Origin: a plasmid
Sequence record: NZ_CP070571.1
Reading direction: 5' to 3' (one strand)
Length of the DNA stretch: 64,000 bases
Shown here: positions 62,916-64,000 of the stretch, in pieces
Layout: each line of letters opens with the position of its first letter
Position numbering within the stretch: position 1 is the first letter of the stretch
The notes under the pieces: model-generated
Told to the model about the DNA's origin: nothing
What the model saw: only the letters and a program-made list of their open reading frames with translations
Database searches by the model: none
Program-made: the position numbers and the translations under genes

Positions 62916-64000
62916 TCATTTCTAACCCATATACAGTGCTGAAATCCAGATCGCGGGCTACGTAGATAGATACGGCATCGCCCTGCGCAGCGTAGAGCGT
63001 TGGCGGGATATTAATCTTCGCCCGTAATGCTTCAGTAGCAAGCTGGTCGGTACTGTTTTCCGTTGTGTTAAACGACACATCAGAGTTGTTGTTGTTAATC
63101 GACGCGATACCGGCTTTCATGCCATCAGTCAGCACAGAGAAGAAAATGGCATCGCCCATTCGTTCCCAAAAGTGAGAGTTGACCTGACCAGGTACGCCCG
63201 CACTACCTAAAGCGTTAGTGCCGCTGCTGTCGAGGTTAACAATGGTCTGATCCGGGTTACGCAAGCGTGACCAGAGAACGAACACACGATTCTGGCCGTT
63301 CTGGATACCGCTATTCTGCTCGCCAGTGACCACAGCCCCTTTATCAATCAGTTTTACAGTACCATCAGCAGAGTACACATCACGGCTTACAGTACATTTC
63401 ACCTGGCCCGGAACCGTGGTATCCAGTTCCGTATTTGTACCGCAAGGAATCATTGTTCCCTGCGCAATGGTCAGATTTGGATGCGGCATTACAGATGCCT
63501 GGGCAACAGCCATACGCGCCGGTTTCATTCGGCTCGCCAGTGCCTGGCTGTTTGAGCTGGTTTCTGTATTGTCCTGACCTGACCGGCGTTCCTGTTCTTT
63601 CGCAGTCGTAGCCTGTTTCTCAGGATCAACACCGTTGAAGGACACCCCTAACCGGGCGCGCATAATTTTTTCTTCCGGTGATAATTCCTTTTTCTGGTTA
63701 TTCAATGTTTGACGCGCAACCTGCTGCTGCGGCTCCTGCGTTGTCTGCAACGGAGGAACAACGCTATTTTTCGGCGTGTTGTCGATGGTCGGCGGCACAT
63801 CATCAAAAGACTGGCGCGGTAAGGAGCTGGTCATAACCTGCTCTTTATCCTTTTTGGGATCGTCGGCCAGCTTCTTAACGTGCATCTGGTTATAGATGAA
63901 CCACCCCACCATTGCCGAACCGATCAACACCATCAGCCCGACAAAGGCCCGCGCACCGGCAATACGTTTTTTGGGGGAACCACTGAAGCCCTGACGCTCA
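62908..64000 (-). CDS. VirB10-family T4SS protein, C-terminal ~360 codons (N-terminus lies beyond window end)
   Basis: Pro/Gln-rich linker then the conserved C-terminal beta-barrel (…[30 protein letters not shown]). The reading frame stays open to position 64000. Confidence 0.8.
   Translation of the reverse strand, partial: ERQGFSGSPKKRIAGARAFVGLMVLIGSAMVGWFIYNQMHVKKLADDPKKDKEQVMTSSLPRQSFDDVPPTIDNTPKNSVVPPLQTTQEPQQQVARQTLNNQKKELSPEEKIMRARLGVSFNGVDPEKQATTAKEQERRSGQDNTETSSNSQALASRMKPARMAVAQASVMPHPNLTIAQGTMIPCGTNTELDTTVPGQVKCTVSRDVYSADGTVKLIDKGAVVTGEQNSGIQNGQNRVFVLWSRLRNPDQTIVNLDSSGTNALGSAGVPGQVNSHFWERMGDAIFFSVLTDGMKAGIASINNNNSDVSFNTTENSTDQLATEALRAKINIPPTLYAAQGDAVSIYVARDLDFSTVYGLEMND

Overview
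This 64-kb window is a mosaic segment of an Enterobacteriaceae (Klebsiella-type) multidrug-resistance conjugative plasmid. No convincingly novel system was found. The less-characterised candidates are: (1) an StbA-like module present in two copies whose coding sequences carry covarying 14-bp palindromes that recur at the promoter of an mpr-like gene; (2) a 22-copy 37-bp iteron-like array with a 111-bp super-period beside a truncated repA; (3) a group II intron remnant whose reverse transcriptase carries one in-frame amber codon; (4) an unannotated two-gene cassette translationally coupled to a plasmid tyrosine recombinase.

Layout:
- 1 to 30.5 kb is a stack of resistance transposons.
  - A Tn1331-type Tn3 left arm (tnpA N-terminus, tnpR, aac(6')-Ib with TEM leader, truncated aadA1) is cut by IS26.
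  - That IS26 is itself split by a complete 9,907-bp Tn4401 (ISKpn6, blaKPC-2, ISKpn7, tnpA, tnpR) with a 5-bp TGCAT duplication. The length fits isoform Tn4401a.
  - Then come mph(A)-mrx-mphR(A)-IS6100, integron IRt, padR-chrA, a Tn21-family 38-bp IR split by IS5075, the 3'-CS (orf5 remnant, sul1, qacEdelta1), and an In37-type cassette array (arr-3, catB3, blaOXA-1, aac(6')-Ib-cr) with intI1 and a PcH1 promoter. The integron sits in the urf2/tnpM gene of a Tn1721/Tn21-type tnpR-tnpA module.
- 30.5 to 52 kb is plasmid backbone shredded by IS: IS903B (one copy plus three fragments), IS1, a partial IS3-family element, an IS110-family element, and IS26.
  - It carries an orphan oriT/stbA-like module, the 37-bp array and truncated second repA, the group II intron remnant, a LexA-box umuDC-like operon, P1-type parAB, an IncFIB-type repA with iterons, the recombinase operon, and vapBC.
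  - It also carries the right arm of the same Tn1331 (IS26, blaTEM 3' end, IRR).
- 52 to 64 kb is an IncN/IncW-like MOBF transfer backbone: SprT/mpr-like protease, stbABC-like operon, oriT, traK-like, T4CP, TrwC-like relaxase, GNAT plus PLD nuclease, VirB11, and partial VirB10.

All calls rest on reading the sequence and remembered family signatures; no database search was possible.
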